Assembly: GCF_000196495.1 (NCBI RefSeq)
Contig: NC_011312.1
Location: forward strand, 3,185,211 to 3,209,210
Origin: Aliivibrio salmonicida LFI1238
GTDB taxonomy: Bacteria > Pseudomonadota > Gammaproteobacteria > Enterobacterales > Vibrionaceae
Direction of reading: 5' to 3'
DNA length: 24,000 bases
The notes beneath the pieces were generated by a model. It worked only from the letters and a program-made list of their open reading frames with translations, did not search any database and was not told the origin of the DNA. The translations under genes were made by a program, and so were the position numbers. Shown here piece after piece: positions 1 to 8,761 of the stretch. Every line of letters begins with the position of its first letter. Position 1 is the first letter of the stretch.

Positions 1-965
1 AATGGTGAGTTGTTTACTTGGAAAGTCATTGTTACCGTTGGTTCATCAACTGTTAGTGGCGGCAATGCTTCAACATTGTTTTGCGCACAAACTGTATCAG
101 AAATTTTAAGCTCGCCTAAACCACTGATTGCAACAATGTTACCCGCTTCTGCAAGTTCAACATCATGACGCTCAAGACCTAAGTAACCTAATACTTGACC
201 AATTTTGCCTTTACGTTCTTTGCCGTCAGCACCGATAACAGTAACCGCTTGGTTAACTTTAACGCTACCACGTGTAATACGACCAACACCGATAACACCA
301 ACGTATGCGTTGTGATCAAGTTGAGAAATTTGCATTTGGAAGTCACCGTCACGGTCTGCAACAGGTGCATCAACACCGTCAACGATCGCTTGGAATAAAG
401 ATTCCATGTTTTCAGTTTCTTCTTCTGATTCAGCGTTAGCCCAACCATTTAGTGCAGAAGCATAAACAACTTTAAAGTCTAGTTGCTCATCAGTTGCGCC
501 TAGGTTATCGAATAAATCAAATACTTGATCCATAACCCACTCAGGACGAGCGCCTGGACGGTCAACCTTGTTGATTACAACGATTGGTTTTAGACCGTGA
601 GCAAATGCTTTTTGCGTTACGAAACGCGTTTGAGGCATTGGACCGTCAACAGCATCTACAATAAGTAGAACCGAATCAACCATAGACATAATACGCTCAA
701 CTTCACCACCGAAATCGGCGTGTCCTGGAGTATCTACGATGTTGATGTTGTAACCGTTCCAAGTAATCGCTGTGTTCTTAGCAAGGATCGTGATACCACG
801 TTCTTTTTCGATATCGTTCGAGTCCATGACGCGCTCTTCAGCTTCACCACGAGATTCAAGCGTACCTGATTGCTGGAGCAATTTATCAACCAAAGTTGTT
901 TTACCGTGGTCGACGTGCGCAATAATTGCGATATTTCTTAGTTTATCAAGCTGTGGAGTAGACAT
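1..965 (-). CDS. typA: Translational GTPase TypA/BipA, N-terminal ~321 codons (3' end lies beyond the window start)
   Basis: Minus-strand translation from the ATG at 965-963 gives [34 protein letters not shown]...[17 protein letters not shown]...[12 protein letters not shown]. It has the G1 (AHVDHGKT), G3 (DTPGH) and G4 (NKVD) GTPase motifs. It is absent from the ORF track because it is open at the window edge. It is divergent from glnA, as in other gamma-proteobacteria. Confidence 0.9.
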   Translation of the reverse strand, partial: MSTPQLDKLRNIAIIAHVDHGKTTLVDKLLQQSGTLESRGEAEERVMDSNDIEKERGITILAKNTAITWNGYNINIVDTPGHADFGGEVERIMSMVDSVLLIVDAVDGPMPQTRFVTQKAFAHGLKPIVVINKVDRPGARPEWVMDQVFDLFDNLGATDEQLDFKVVYASALNGWANAESEEETENMESLFQAIVDGVDAPVADRDGDFQMQISQLDHNAYVGVIGVGRITRGSVKVNQAVTVIGADGKERKGKIGQVLGYLGLERHDVELAEAGNIVAISGLGELKISDTVCAQNNVEALPPLTVDEPTVTMTFQVNNSP

Positions 966-1066
966 GGATTCAAATTCACTCAGAACGTGTAGAGCCACCA
1001 TTGGCGCTACTTTGGTTTAAAAACGGTCAATAATTTAACAGATTTTAGAGCAAAACCCACGAAATA

Positions 1067-1082
1067 TGTGATTGAAGACACA
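1067..1082. promoter_or_regulatory. CRP-like site TGTGA-N6-ACACA in the typA-glnA intergenic region
   Basis: tgtgattgaagacaca matches the TGTGA-N6-TCACA consensus in 9 of 10 half-site positions. It lies about 100 bp upstream of the typA start. Identified by sequence match only. Confidence 0.3.
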
Positions 1083-1345
1083 ATTTTTTTTCAATTAATT
1101 TAATCAAGCCCACAAAAGTGATGAAAAAACAACCAAAAAGCAAGAAACCCCATCAATTTATATTCTTACTTTATTTTTTTCAACAAAAAACAAAAACAAA
1201 ACATTATCAATAACTTAAACGATTAATTTGCTTTTTCCAATTATTTTAACAAGGGATTATATTGACAAATATGGCATTTCACGGCTGAATAGCAGATAGA
1301 AGTAAATTAGTGATGATTTAATTTTTTATTTTCCGACGCTCGACT

Positions 1346-1383
1346 TGCACCAAATGGGTGCAAACAAAGATCAACTTGGTGCA
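1346..1383. promoter_or_regulatory. NtrC (NRI) enhancer: one perfect palindromic site plus a downstream half-site
   Basis: TGCACCAAATGGGTGCA at 1346-1362 is a perfect TGCACC-N5-GGTGCA dyad. A second GGTGCA lies at 1378-1383. The position is roughly 90-120 bp upstream of the sigma-54 promoter, as at enteric glnAp2. Confidence 0.7.
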
Positions 1384-1445
1384 ACTCCCAAGTTGAAATG
1401 AAGATAAAAAAACCTAAACCACTAATATTAAAGGATTATTACTTT

Positions 1446-1461
1446 TGGCACAGTTTTGGCT
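1446..1461 (+). promoter_or_regulatory. Sigma-54 (-24/-12) promoter of glnA (glnAp2-like)
   Basis: TGGCACAGTTTTGGCT has GG at 1447-1448 and GC at 1459-1460 with canonical spacing (TGGCAC-N5-TTGCW, one mismatch). It lies about 60 bp upstream of the glnA ATG. Confidence 0.75.
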
Positions 1462-1522
1462 ATATAGTTAATAACAGCCTAACTGGCCAATATTTATATT
1501 ATAACACCGGAGGTTATCCTAC

Positions 1523-2932
1523 ATGTCAGTAGAAAACGTATTCGCTCTAATTCAAGAAAACGAAGTAAAATTTATTGATTTACGCTTTACCGATACAAAA
1601 GGTAAAGAGCAACATATCTCAATTCCTTCTCATCAAGTTGATGCAGACTTCTTCGAAGACGGCAAAATGTTTGATGGTTCTTCAGTTGCTGGCTGGAAAG
1701 GCATTAACGAATCTGACATGGTTATGATGCCAGATGCAGCAAGTGCGGTACTTGACCCATTCACTGCTGATGCAACCTTAAATATTCGTTGTGATATCCT
1801 TGAACCAACAACAATGCAAGGTTACGATCGTGACCCTCGCTCAATTGCAAAACGCTCTGAAGACTACTTACGCTCGACAGGTCTTGCTGACACAGTTTTA
1901 GTCGGTCCAGAACCAGAATTCTTCCTATTTGATGACGTTCGCTTTAGCACTGATATGTCAGGTTCTTTCTTTAAGATTGATGATATCGAAGCCGCGTGGA
2001 ACTCAGGTACTGAATACGAAGGCGGCAACAAAGGCCACCGTCCTGGCGTTAAAGGGGGTTACTTCCCAGTCGCTCCTGTTGATTCATCTCAAGATATCCG
2101 TTCTGCTATGTGTTTAATCATGGAAGAAATGGGTCTTGTTGTTGAAGCACATCACCACGAAGTAGCAACGGCGGGTCAAAATGAGATCGCAACTCGCTTC
2201 AATACGCTAACAAACAAGGCAGATGAAACTCAAATCTATAAGTATGTTGTTCATAACGTAGCTCACGCTTACGGTAAAACAGCGACTTTCATGCCAAAAC
2301 CACTGGTTGGTGACAACGGTTCGGGCATGCACGTACATATGTCATTGAACAAAGATGGACAAAACTTATTTGCTGGCGATAAGTACGGCGGCCTATCAGA
2401 AATGGCTATCTTCTTTATTGGCGGTATCATTAAACACGCTCGTGCTATCAACGCATTTGCTAACCCAACAACTAACTCATACAAGCGTCTTGTCCCTGGT
2501 TTTGAAGCTCCGGTAATGCTTGCATATTCTGCTCGTAACCGTTCAGCGTCTATCCGTATCCCAGTGGTACCAAGCCCGAAAGCACGTCGTATCGAAGTTC
2601 GTTTTGGTGACCCTGCAGCAAACCCATACTTAAGCTACTCAGCAATGCTAATGGCTGGTCTTGACGGAATTAAGAACAAGATCCACCCAGGTGAAGCAAT
2701 GGATAAAGATCTGTATGACCTTCCTGCGGAAGAAGCAGCTGAAATTCCAAAAGTAGCTGAATCTCTAGATATCGCACTACAAGCTCTGGATTCTGATCGT
2801 GAATTCTTAACGGCGGGTGGCGTATTCTCTAGTGATTTCATTGATTCTTACATCACTCTAAAATCTCAAGACGTTGCCGCTATCAACACTGCTGTTCACC
2901 CTCTTGAATTTGAAATGTATTACTCAGTTTAA
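1523..2932 (+). CDS. glnA: Glutamine synthetase type I
   Basis: 469-aa ORF with a GGAGG Shine-Dalgarno at 1509-1513. Typical GSI sequence throughout (e.g. [31 protein letters not shown], and the adenylylation-region motif KDLYDLP). Confidence 0.97.
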   Translation: MSVENVFALIQENEVKFIDLRFTDTKGKEQHISIPSHQVDADFFEDGKMFDGSSVAGWKGINESDMVMMPDAASAVLDPFTADATLNIRCDILEPTTMQGYDRDPRSIAKRSEDYLRSTGLADTVLVGPEPEFFLFDDVRFSTDMSGSFFKIDDIEAAWNSGTEYEGGNKGHRPGVKGGYFPVAPVDSSQDIRSAMCLIMEEMGLVVEAHHHEVATAGQNEIATRFNTLTNKADETQIYKYVVHNVAHAYGKTATFMPKPLVGDNGSGMHVHMSLNKDGQNLFAGDKYGGLSEMAIFFIGGIIKHARAINAFANPTTNSYKRLVPGFEAPVMLAYSARNRSASIRIPVVPSPKARRIEVRFGDPAANPYLSYSAMLMAGLDGIKNKIHPGEAMDKDLYDLPAEEAAEIPKVAESLDIALQALDSDREFLTAGGVFSSDFIDSYITLKSQDVAAINTAVHPLEFEMYYSV

Positions 2933-2969
2933 TTCTGACGTAACAAATTGAAATCAATCTGATGTTTTT

Positions 2970-2998
2970 AGGCTCGCTTCACAAGCGAGCCTTTTTTA
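2970..2998 (+). terminator. Rho-independent terminator of glnA
   Basis: GGCTCGCTT (2971-2979), a CAC loop, AAGCGAGCC (2983-2991), followed by TTTTTT. Confidence 0.85.
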
Positions 2999-3151
2999 TA
3001 TTGGCAAAACCTCATTTACACGCAACACTCCTTACACACACTACAACACTCGCCATTTAACGAATTGTATTGTTATGCATAAACTAAACGAGATTTCACT
3101 TTTGAAGTAGCTTATTGAAATCAAATAATAACCATCATCAATGGTGGAACC

Positions 3152-3276
3152 ATGCCTCATACCTACATCGTACTTTTATTTCTTAGCCTATTCTCCCTAC
3201 CTTCTACCGCAAATACCGTTTACACATGGGAAGATAAATCGGGTGTCCGACATTTCAGTGACACTCCCCCAGCAAG
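3152..3276 (+). pseudogene. 5' remnant (about 41 codons) of a secreted DUF4124-type protein gene, truncated by IS66 copy 1
   Basis: The ATG at 3152 gives MPHTYIVLLFLSLFSLPSTANTVYTWEDKSGVRHFSDTPPA, a signal peptide plus the VYxWxDxxGxxHFSDxPP signature of DUF4124. The frame runs directly into the IS66 left inverted repeat at 3277, and no continuation exists on the other side of the IS. Confidence 0.65.
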
Positions 3277-3357
3277 GTAAGCGTGCGGGGAACTACACCT
3301 AACAAATAAAATTCATTATGCGTATCTTACGATCTTTCATTTAACGAGAACGTAATT

Positions 3358-3672
3358 ATGCAAAAAGATAAAAAGAGAACACCAGAGCAATGGCACGCTC
3401 TATTTGAATCTCAGCAATCTAGCAAGCTTAGTGCCGCTGAATTTTGTCGTAACCATAATATTCTGCCAAAGACATTTAGTGCACGTAAAGCACGATGGAA
3501 ACAAAAGATTAACGCTTCTACTTTCTTGAAAGTAGAAGCGTTAACATCAACTATCATCGCCACTCCACAATTACCAGATATTCAACTTTCTATCGGAAAA
3601 TTGCGATTAACATTGCCAGCTAATACTGAACCTCACTGGATAGGACTCTTATTAAAAGGGTATCAATCATGA
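3358..3672 (+). CDS. tnpA: IS66 accessory protein TnpA (orf1, HTH-like)
   Basis: 104-aa first ORF of the element. Its stop overlaps the tnpB start in ATGA (3669-3672). An identical protein is encoded in all three copies. Confidence 0.85.
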   Translation: MQKDKKRTPEQWHALFESQQSSKLSAAEFCRNHNILPKTFSARKARWKQKINASTFLKVEALTSTIIATPQLPDIQLSIGKLRLTLPANTEPHWIGLLLKGYQS

Positions 3673-4016
3673 ATGTATTTACTGATGTTTCCACCATTTA
3701 TCTTCATCGTGATTTTGTCGATTTTCGCAAGGCCATTAATGGCCTTGTCGTGATTGTTGAGCAAGAAATGCAACTATCACCGTTTAGTGATGCTCTATTT
3801 ATATTTTGCAATAAGCCTCGTGATAAACTCAAAATATTGTATTGGGATAAAACAGGATTCGCTTTATGGTACAAGCGATTAGATGAAGACCGCTTCAAAT
3901 GGCCACGAAATATAAATAACGATACGTTAGCATTATCAGAGCAGCAACTGACACTGCTATTACAAGGTTTTGATATCTTAGGACATCAACCGGTACATTA
4001 TCAAACAACCCTTTAA
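3669..4016 (+). CDS. tnpB: IS66 accessory protein TnpB (orf2; the IS66-type TnpB, not the IS200/605 TnpB)
   Basis: 115 aa. Typical IS66 orf2 sequence (DFRKAINGL...LFIFCNKPRDKLKILYWDKTGFALWYKRLDEDRFKWP). Confidence 0.88.
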   Translation: MNVFTDVSTIYLHRDFVDFRKAINGLVVIVEQEMQLSPFSDALFIFCNKPRDKLKILYWDKTGFALWYKRLDEDRFKWPRNINNDTLALSEQQLTLLLQGFDILGHQPVHYQTTL

Positions 4017-4087
4017 ATAGTTGATTCTCAGTCAAGAATAGGAGGCAACCGATTGATTACCTGTATTATCGTTATATAGTCATCTAC

Positions 4088-5575
4088 ATGACTGATAAAA
4101 TAAAACCACTTCCTGATACCATTGACGAGCTGAAAGCACTTGTGCTTCAGCTTGAAAATAAATATAACCGTCTTCTAGAGCAATTTCGGCTGGCTCAACA
4201 TCAGCGCTTTGGTAAAAGCAGTGAATCTGACTCGACTCAATTTGATTTATTCAATGAAACAGAAGAAGAAATCATCATTGAAAATGATGACACACAAACG
4301 ATTACCTACACTCGTCAAAAGCCAAAACGCCAACGCTTACCTGAAGACTTACCGCGTACTGTTATTATCCACGACATAAAAGATAAAACTTGTAAGTGTT
4401 GCGGTCTAGAGATGCATGCGATGGGTAAAGACATCAGTGAAAAGTTGGAATTTGTACCAGCTAAAGTGGAAGTTATTCAACATGTTCGTCCTAAATATGC
4501 TTGCCGAAATTGTGAAAAAAACAATACTTCAGTAGACATTAAACAAGCCCCAATGCCAGCGTCACCAATCCCTAAAGGGATTGCGACCGCAAGTTTACTT
4601 GCTCAAATTATTACGGCTAAATTTCAATACAGTCTTCCACTTTATCGTCAAGAAACGTTATTTCAGCAATGGGGTATCATTATTGGACGGCGAACGATGG
4701 CGGATTGGTTAATAAAATGCTCGGTACTATTTACCCCTCTTAATAACGAGTTACATCGTATTTTGCTTGAACAACCCACTCTGCATTGTGATGAAACAAC
4801 GGTAAATGTGTTGGATGTTGAAAAAGCAAAATGTTATATGTGGGTCTACTGCTCTGGCTATGATTCTCCAGGCTCTGGTGTTTTGCCTGGAATTGTACTT
4901 TATGATTATCAATCTAGCAGGCATGGCTACCATCCAGTTAACTTTTTAAAAGGTTATAACGGGTATTTACATACCGATGGTTACCAAGGTTATGAACAAA
5001 CTGAAGCGATTTTAGTTGGCTGTTGGGCACACGCACGTCGACGATTTATTGAGGCTCAACGTGTTCAAGTAAAAGGGAAAACAGGGAGTGCAGATTGGGT
5101 ATTGAGTAAAATCCAAAAGCTATACCGGATCGAATCGTTATTAAAAGAGGCTTCCCCTGAAGCCAAGTATGTTGCTAGGCAGACAGAAGCCCGCGATTTA
5201 CTTAAAGAGCTCCGTGATTGGCTTGATAGCGCAGTTAGTCGAGTATCACCTAAAACAAAATTAGGTGAGGCGATTAGCTATACATTAAATCAATGGGATA
5301 AATTAGTTCGTTATATTGATGATGGATTGTTATCTATTGATAACAATCGAGCAGAGCGAGCGGTTAAACCGTTTGTTATCGGCCGGAAAAACTGGTTATT
5401 TTCGGGTTCAACGGCTGGTGCAGATTCAAGTGCAATGCTTTACAGCATTGTAGAAACAGCAAAGGCAAACGGATTAATCCCTTACGATTATATTAGGTAT
5501 TGTCTAGATCGTTTATGTGTTGGATCGCCAGATATCGATTCACTTTTACCTTGGAATGTAAAAGACAAGGTGTAG
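4088..5575 (+). CDS. tnpC: IS66-family DDE transposase TnpC (orf3)
   Basis: 495 aa. It has an N-terminal coiled-coil/leucine-zipper region and a CxxC...CxxC zinc finger (CKCCG...CRNCE). Putative DDE residues lie in [16 protein letters not shown] and [22 protein letters not shown]. The stop codon lies inside the right inverted repeat. Confidence 0.93.
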   Translation: MTDKIKPLPDTIDELKALVLQLENKYNRLLEQFRLAQHQRFGKSSESDSTQFDLFNETEEEIIIENDDTQTITYTRQKPKRQRLPEDLPRTVIIHDIKDKTCKCCGLEMHAMGKDISEKLEFVPAKVEVIQHVRPKYACRNCEKNNTSVDIKQAPMPASPIPKGIATASLLAQIITAKFQYSLPLYRQETLFQQWGIIIGRRTMADWLIKCSVLFTPLNNELHRILLEQPTLHCDETTVNVLDVEKAKCYMWVYCSGYDSPGSGVLPGIVLYDYQSSRHGYHPVNFLKGYNGYLHTDGYQGYEQTEAILVGCWAHARRRFIEAQRVQVKGKTGSADWVLSKIQKLYRIESLLKEASPEAKYVARQTEARDLLKELRDWLDSAVSRVSPKTKLGEAISYTLNQWDKLVRYIDDGLLSIDNNRAERAVKPFVIGRKNWLFSGSTAGADSSAMLYSIVETAKANGLIPYDYIRYCLDRLCVGSPDIDSLLPWNVKDKV

Positions 5576-5708
5576 TTCCCCGCACGCTTACTAACTAGGG
5601 ACTATAAGAGTCAGTATGATTGGCGTGAATTGTATCTATTAAATCGTTAGTACTTTTGATTCTATAGCTTCTAGAGCGAAGCGTTCTAGTTAGCACAGCG
5701 TATAGTCT

Positions 5709-6170
5709 TTACGGCTTCACATTCCTACTGATTGGATTCTGTAACGAAATCAGCGTTTCCGTTGATTGAACTTCCTCAATCGCTTGTAGCTTATCAATCA
5801 ATACATGCTGTAGTTCTTGAATGCTTTTGCACATCAGTTTCACAAAAATATTGTAAGCACCGGTGGTGTAATAAGCTTCCACGACTTCTTCTAATGCGTC
5901 GAGTTTCGCGATGGCAGAGTGGTAGTCACGGGCCGCGTATAAATTAATGCCGATAAAGCAGCAGACATCGTAGCCCAGCGTTTTAGGGTTAACGATAACC
6001 TCTGTGCCTTCAATGATTTTTGCGGCTTTCATTTTTTCAATACGAACATGGATAGTTGCAGGACTAACATTAAAACGTTTAGCAAGCTCTGCATAAGGGG
6101 TTCGAGCATCATTCATCAAGGCTTGCAGAATATCTCGGTCAAGATCATCGATTTTACTGGTGTTGTTCAT
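5709..6170 (-). CDS. asnC: Lrp/AsnC-family transcriptional regulator AsnC
   Basis: 153 aa, colinear with E. coli AsnC as I recall it (DLDRxILxALMxxARTxYAELAKxFxVSPxTIHVRxEKMK...STETLIxLQNPIxRxxKP). Confidence 0.85.
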   Translation of the reverse strand: MNNTSKIDDLDRDILQALMNDARTPYAELAKRFNVSPATIHVRIEKMKAAKIIEGTEVIVNPKTLGYDVCCFIGINLYAARDYHSAIAKLDALEEVVEAYYTTGAYNIFVKLMCKSIQELQHVLIDKLQAIEEVQSTETLISLQNPISRNVKP

Positions 6171-6310
6171 GAGGCAGCCTTAAGCAGGGTTATTTATATA
6201 TCAATATTCTTACTAAGCTACCTTAAGGGAGGGTTTTCAGCGAGTACTTTATCTAGTCGTTCTGAAGAATATCTATTACCATAGTCCCCTTACTGTTCTT
6301 ATTATTAAGT

Positions 6311-7108
6311 GTGTTGGAGTACCCCGTGCAAATAGCGTTATTGTGTGAAGACCTAAATCGTCAATCTGAACTCGAGGCCATTGCCACTCGTTGGGGATTA
6401 ACGCACGATGAAGATAATGTCTTTGCGTTGGTACTGACAACACAACAGCTTGAATTACGTAAACGAGATGAACCGAAGCTAGGGGCAATCTTTGTTGATT
6501 TGGTCTCTGGTGCCGTAGCGCATCGCCGTAAGTTTGGTGGTGGTAAAGGCCAGTCTATAGCGAAAGCGGTTGGATTGAATAAAGGCGCAACCCCATTGGT
6601 TCTGGATGGAACGGCAGGGCTAGGGCGAGATGCGTTTGTTTTGGCTTCTTTAGGATGCAAAGTGCAAATGGTAGAGCGTCATCCAGTGGTGGCCGCCTTG
6701 CTTGATGATGGCTTATCGCGAGCGAAACACGATGCCGATATTGGTGGCTGGGTATCGCAACGAATGTCTCTGTTGCATGCATCAAGTCATGATGCGTTAG
6801 AGCAATTAATGGCACAAGATGATTTTGTACAGCCCGATGTTGTGTACCTTGATCCTATGTACCCACACCCTGAAAATAAAAAGAAAAGTGCGCTCGTTAA
6901 GAAAGAAATGCGAGTGTTCCAATCGTTGGTTGGTGCAGATAATGATGCCGATGCATTGTTAGCACCGGCATTATTGATGGCCACGAAACGTGTTGTTGTG
7001 AAGCGTCCTGATTATGCTGAATGGCTAGATAATCAAAAGCCTTCGATGGCGATTGAAACGAAGAAGAATCGTTTCGATGTGTATGTTAACGCTGGAATGA
7101 AGTCTTAA
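6311..7108 (+). CDS. rsmJ: 16S rRNA (guanine1516-N2)-methyltransferase RsmJ
   Basis: Colinear with E. coli RsmJ/YhiQ (WGLx[41 protein letters not shown]-type SAM motif, [18 protein letters not shown]). The track start is GTG at 6311. GTG at 6326 (VQIALLCED) is an equally plausible start. Confidence 0.88.
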   Translation: MLEYPVQIALLCEDLNRQSELEAIATRWGLTHDEDNVFALVLTTQQLELRKRDEPKLGAIFVDLVSGAVAHRRKFGGGKGQSIAKAVGLNKGATPLVLDGTAGLGRDAFVLASLGCKVQMVERHPVVAALLDDGLSRAKHDADIGGWVSQRMSLLHASSHDALEQLMAQDDFVQPDVVYLDPMYPHPENKKKSALVKKEMRVFQSLVGADNDADALLAPALLMATKRVVVKRPDYAEWLDNQKPSMAIETKKNRFDVYVNAGMKS

Positions 7109-7530
7109 TCTTTAAATGGCACAACAAGAACGTCAATTGGACAGGTGTTGATCACTTGTCTGGTTGATGATAATAATTTACTCCAGAAATCTTGGTGATG
7201 ACCACAAACCACAAGGTTTACATCTAAGTTTTCAATTGCTTCGCACAACTCACTGCTTAGATCCCCACTACTTACCAATGTTTTATGAATTGGATAATCT
7301 GCAAAGGTCACTAAATGCTTCATGGCTTCGTGCGATGCTTCCATTGCTTGGTGTTGTGTTTCAGCCAGATTAATATCAATTAATCCGGTATATAATTCTG
7401 CATAGCTAACATCAATGTGAATAAAAGAGACTTTCGCATCAAGAGCCTTGGCTAAACCAACCGCTTTAGTGACCAGTGACTTACTCTCTTCTGTTAAATC
7501 GACAGCAACAAGAATATGTTTATAGCTCAT
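7105..7530 (-). CDS. uspA: Universal stress protein A
   Basis: 141 aa. [12 protein letters not shown]...[10 protein letters not shown]...[23 protein letters not shown] closely tracks E. coli UspA. Confidence 0.9.
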   Translation of the reverse strand: MSYKHILVAVDLTEESKSLVTKAVGLAKALDAKVSFIHIDVSYAELYTGLIDINLAETQHQAMEASHEAMKHLVTFADYPIHKTLVSSGDLSSELCEAIENLDVNLVVCGHHQDFWSKLLSSTRQVINTCPIDVLVVPFKD

Positions 7531-7736
7531 AATTTATCTCCTAGGTAATCCAAAAGTTAAATCCCTTTTGAATTCGATATTTAAGATGGATTATCTATAG
7601 ATTAGCACCAGTCTTTCTCTTTTTTTGTCGTTTAGGTCTCGTTCTGTCTCATGTCTTCTGATTAATTAAAATACAGATTACCTATGGTATAGTAGACTCA
7701 GTTTCGAATGAAAATGAGCCATAAAGGAATTCAACT

Positions 7737-8264
7737 ATGTTAGCGAAAACCATGATCGATCATCTTAATGCGCAAATTAACCTAGAATTTTTTTCATCTA
7801 ACCTATACTTACAAATGAGTGCTTGGTGTGAAGATAAAGGGTTTGATGGCGCAGCGTCGTTTTTCCGTGCTCACGCATCGGAAGAAATGGAACATATGCA
7901 ACGTTTATTCACTTACGTGAGTGAAACAGGTTCAATGCCTATCTTAGGTGCGATTGAAGCACCACAATCTGAATTTTCAGGGTTGGGCGATGTGTTCCGT
8001 ACGACATTAGAACATGAGAAAATGATCACGCAAGAGATCAATAAATTAGCTCATGTTGCTTTTACTTCTCAAGATTACTCAACGTTTAATTTCCTTCAGT
8101 GGTACGTGGCAGAGCAGCATGAAGAAGAGAAATTATTCAAAGGCATTTTAGATAAAATTGACCTAGTAGGTGAAGACGGTAAAGCGTTATTCTTTATCGA
8201 TAAAGATTTAGCTGTATTAGCAAAATCTGGTTCGTCATCTATTATGGATAGCACTGCTGGGTAA
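7737..8264 (+). CDS. ftnA: Non-haem ferritin
   Basis: 175 aa with a Shine-Dalgarno AAAGGA at 7723-7728. Ferroxidase-centre context ([43 protein letters not shown]) as in E. coli FtnA. Confidence 0.92.
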   Translation: MLAKTMIDHLNAQINLEFFSSNLYLQMSAWCEDKGFDGAASFFRAHASEEMEHMQRLFTYVSETGSMPILGAIEAPQSEFSGLGDVFRTTLEHEKMITQEINKLAHVAFTSQDYSTFNFLQWYVAEQHEEEKLFKGILDKIDLVGEDGKALFFIDKDLAVLAKSGSSSIMDSTAG

Positions 8265-8374
8265 GAAAAAGCACCCCTCAATGTAGTATGTATTTATGAC
8301 GATTTGTATAAATACAGGTAGATGACCGGTCGTCACTTATCCAGCTCTTATGACAAGTATGTCTGGAGGTTATT

Positions 8375-8713
8375 ATGGTAAGTGGCGATCTTATTTTATT
8401 GGCGTTGTTTTCGGTTACAAGTCTGAATGTGATCCGTTATTTCAGTACACTCAAAACTCTTCTCTTTATTATGCGTGAAGCGCATCCTCTGTTGTACCAA
8501 CAAGTTGATGGCCGTGGTTTTTTTACCACTCATGGCAATATCGGCAAACAAAGCAAATTATTTCATTATTTATGGCAAGAAGAGTATTTAAATCATCACG
8601 ATACACTTTTTGTATTTAAGTGTGAGAAAGCGCGTTATCTCTTCATGTTATCGAGTGCTTTGCTTTTCGTTACCGTCGCGGTGTTTTTCTTGGTAATTAG
8701 TTTGGGCATCTAG
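8375..8713 (+). CDS. uspB: Universal stress protein B (small membrane protein)
   Basis: 112 aa with a GGAGG Shine-Dalgarno. RYFSTLKTLLFIMREAHPLLYQQVDGRGFFTTHG parallels E. coli UspB ([34 protein letters not shown]). Two hydrophobic segments. Confidence 0.85.
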   Translation: MVSGDLILLALFSVTSLNVIRYFSTLKTLLFIMREAHPLLYQQVDGRGFFTTHGNIGKQSKLFHYLWQEEYLNHHDTLFVFKCEKARYLFMLSSALLFVTVAVFFLVISLGI

Positions 8714-8761
8714 AGCTGAAAATAGTAAACTCCCTCCCAATTGAATTTGGGTGAGAGTGTC

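Larger units (their letters stand above)
3277..5591 (+). mobile_element. IS66-family insertion sequence, copy 1 (2,315 bp), no target-site duplication
   Basis: 24-bp perfect terminal inverted repeats (GTAAGCGTGCGGGGAACTACACCT at 3277-3300 and its complement ending at 5591). Three-ORF tnpA/tnpB/tnpC organisation. The flanking octamers CCAGCAAG (3269-3276) and TAACTAGG (5592-5599) differ. Confidence 0.95.

Noticed and set aside
188-1020. Track ORFs 188-448(-), 195-398(+), 734-922(-) and 772-1020(+)
   Set aside because: All lie inside the typA/bipA coding region in other frames or on the opposite strand. They have low-complexity, non-protein-like composition, and the typA frame explains the region.
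1262-1291. Sigma-70 glnAp1-like promoter (TTGACA at 1262-1267)
   Set aside because: The -35 is perfect, but the best -10 at 17-18 nt spacing (CTGAAT or TGAATA) is poor. I left it uncalled.
1929-2841. Internal and antisense ORFs within glnA (1929-2117, 2269-2484, 2635-2841)
   Set aside because: They are shadow ORFs of a highly conserved gene, with no independent start signals.
3704-4933. Antisense ORFs inside the IS66 copies (3704-3898 and 4751-4933, with equivalents at 12271-12465, 13318-13500, 18267-18449 and 19304-19498)
   Set aside because: They overlap well-supported tnpB and tnpC frames on the opposite strand. They recur only because the IS itself is repeated. I see no Shine-Dalgarno or known IS66 antisense gene.
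5660-5680. Hairpin CTAGAGCG-AAG-CGTTCTAG downstream of asnC as its terminator
   Set aside because: It is an 8-bp stem with a G-U pair, and no U-run follows on the asnC (minus) strand. The evidence is insufficient for a terminator call.
6276-6984. ORFs 6276-6488(-), 6361-6660(-), 6555-6815(-) and 6787-6984(-) opposite rsmJ, plus similar shadow ORFs elsewhere (5732-5947, 6048-6284, 7164-7373, 8096-8281, 9589-9822, 10422-10646, 15113-15449, 17408-17707, 20286-20534, 22702-22917)
   Set aside because: Each overlaps a gene with strong homology-based support on the other strand or in another frame. None shows recognisable motifs.
7700-7722. Possible Fur box upstream of ftnA (cgaatgaaaatgagccat)
   Set aside because: It has only a weak resemblance to GATAATGATAATCATTATC. 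The match is too poor to call without a position weight matrix score.
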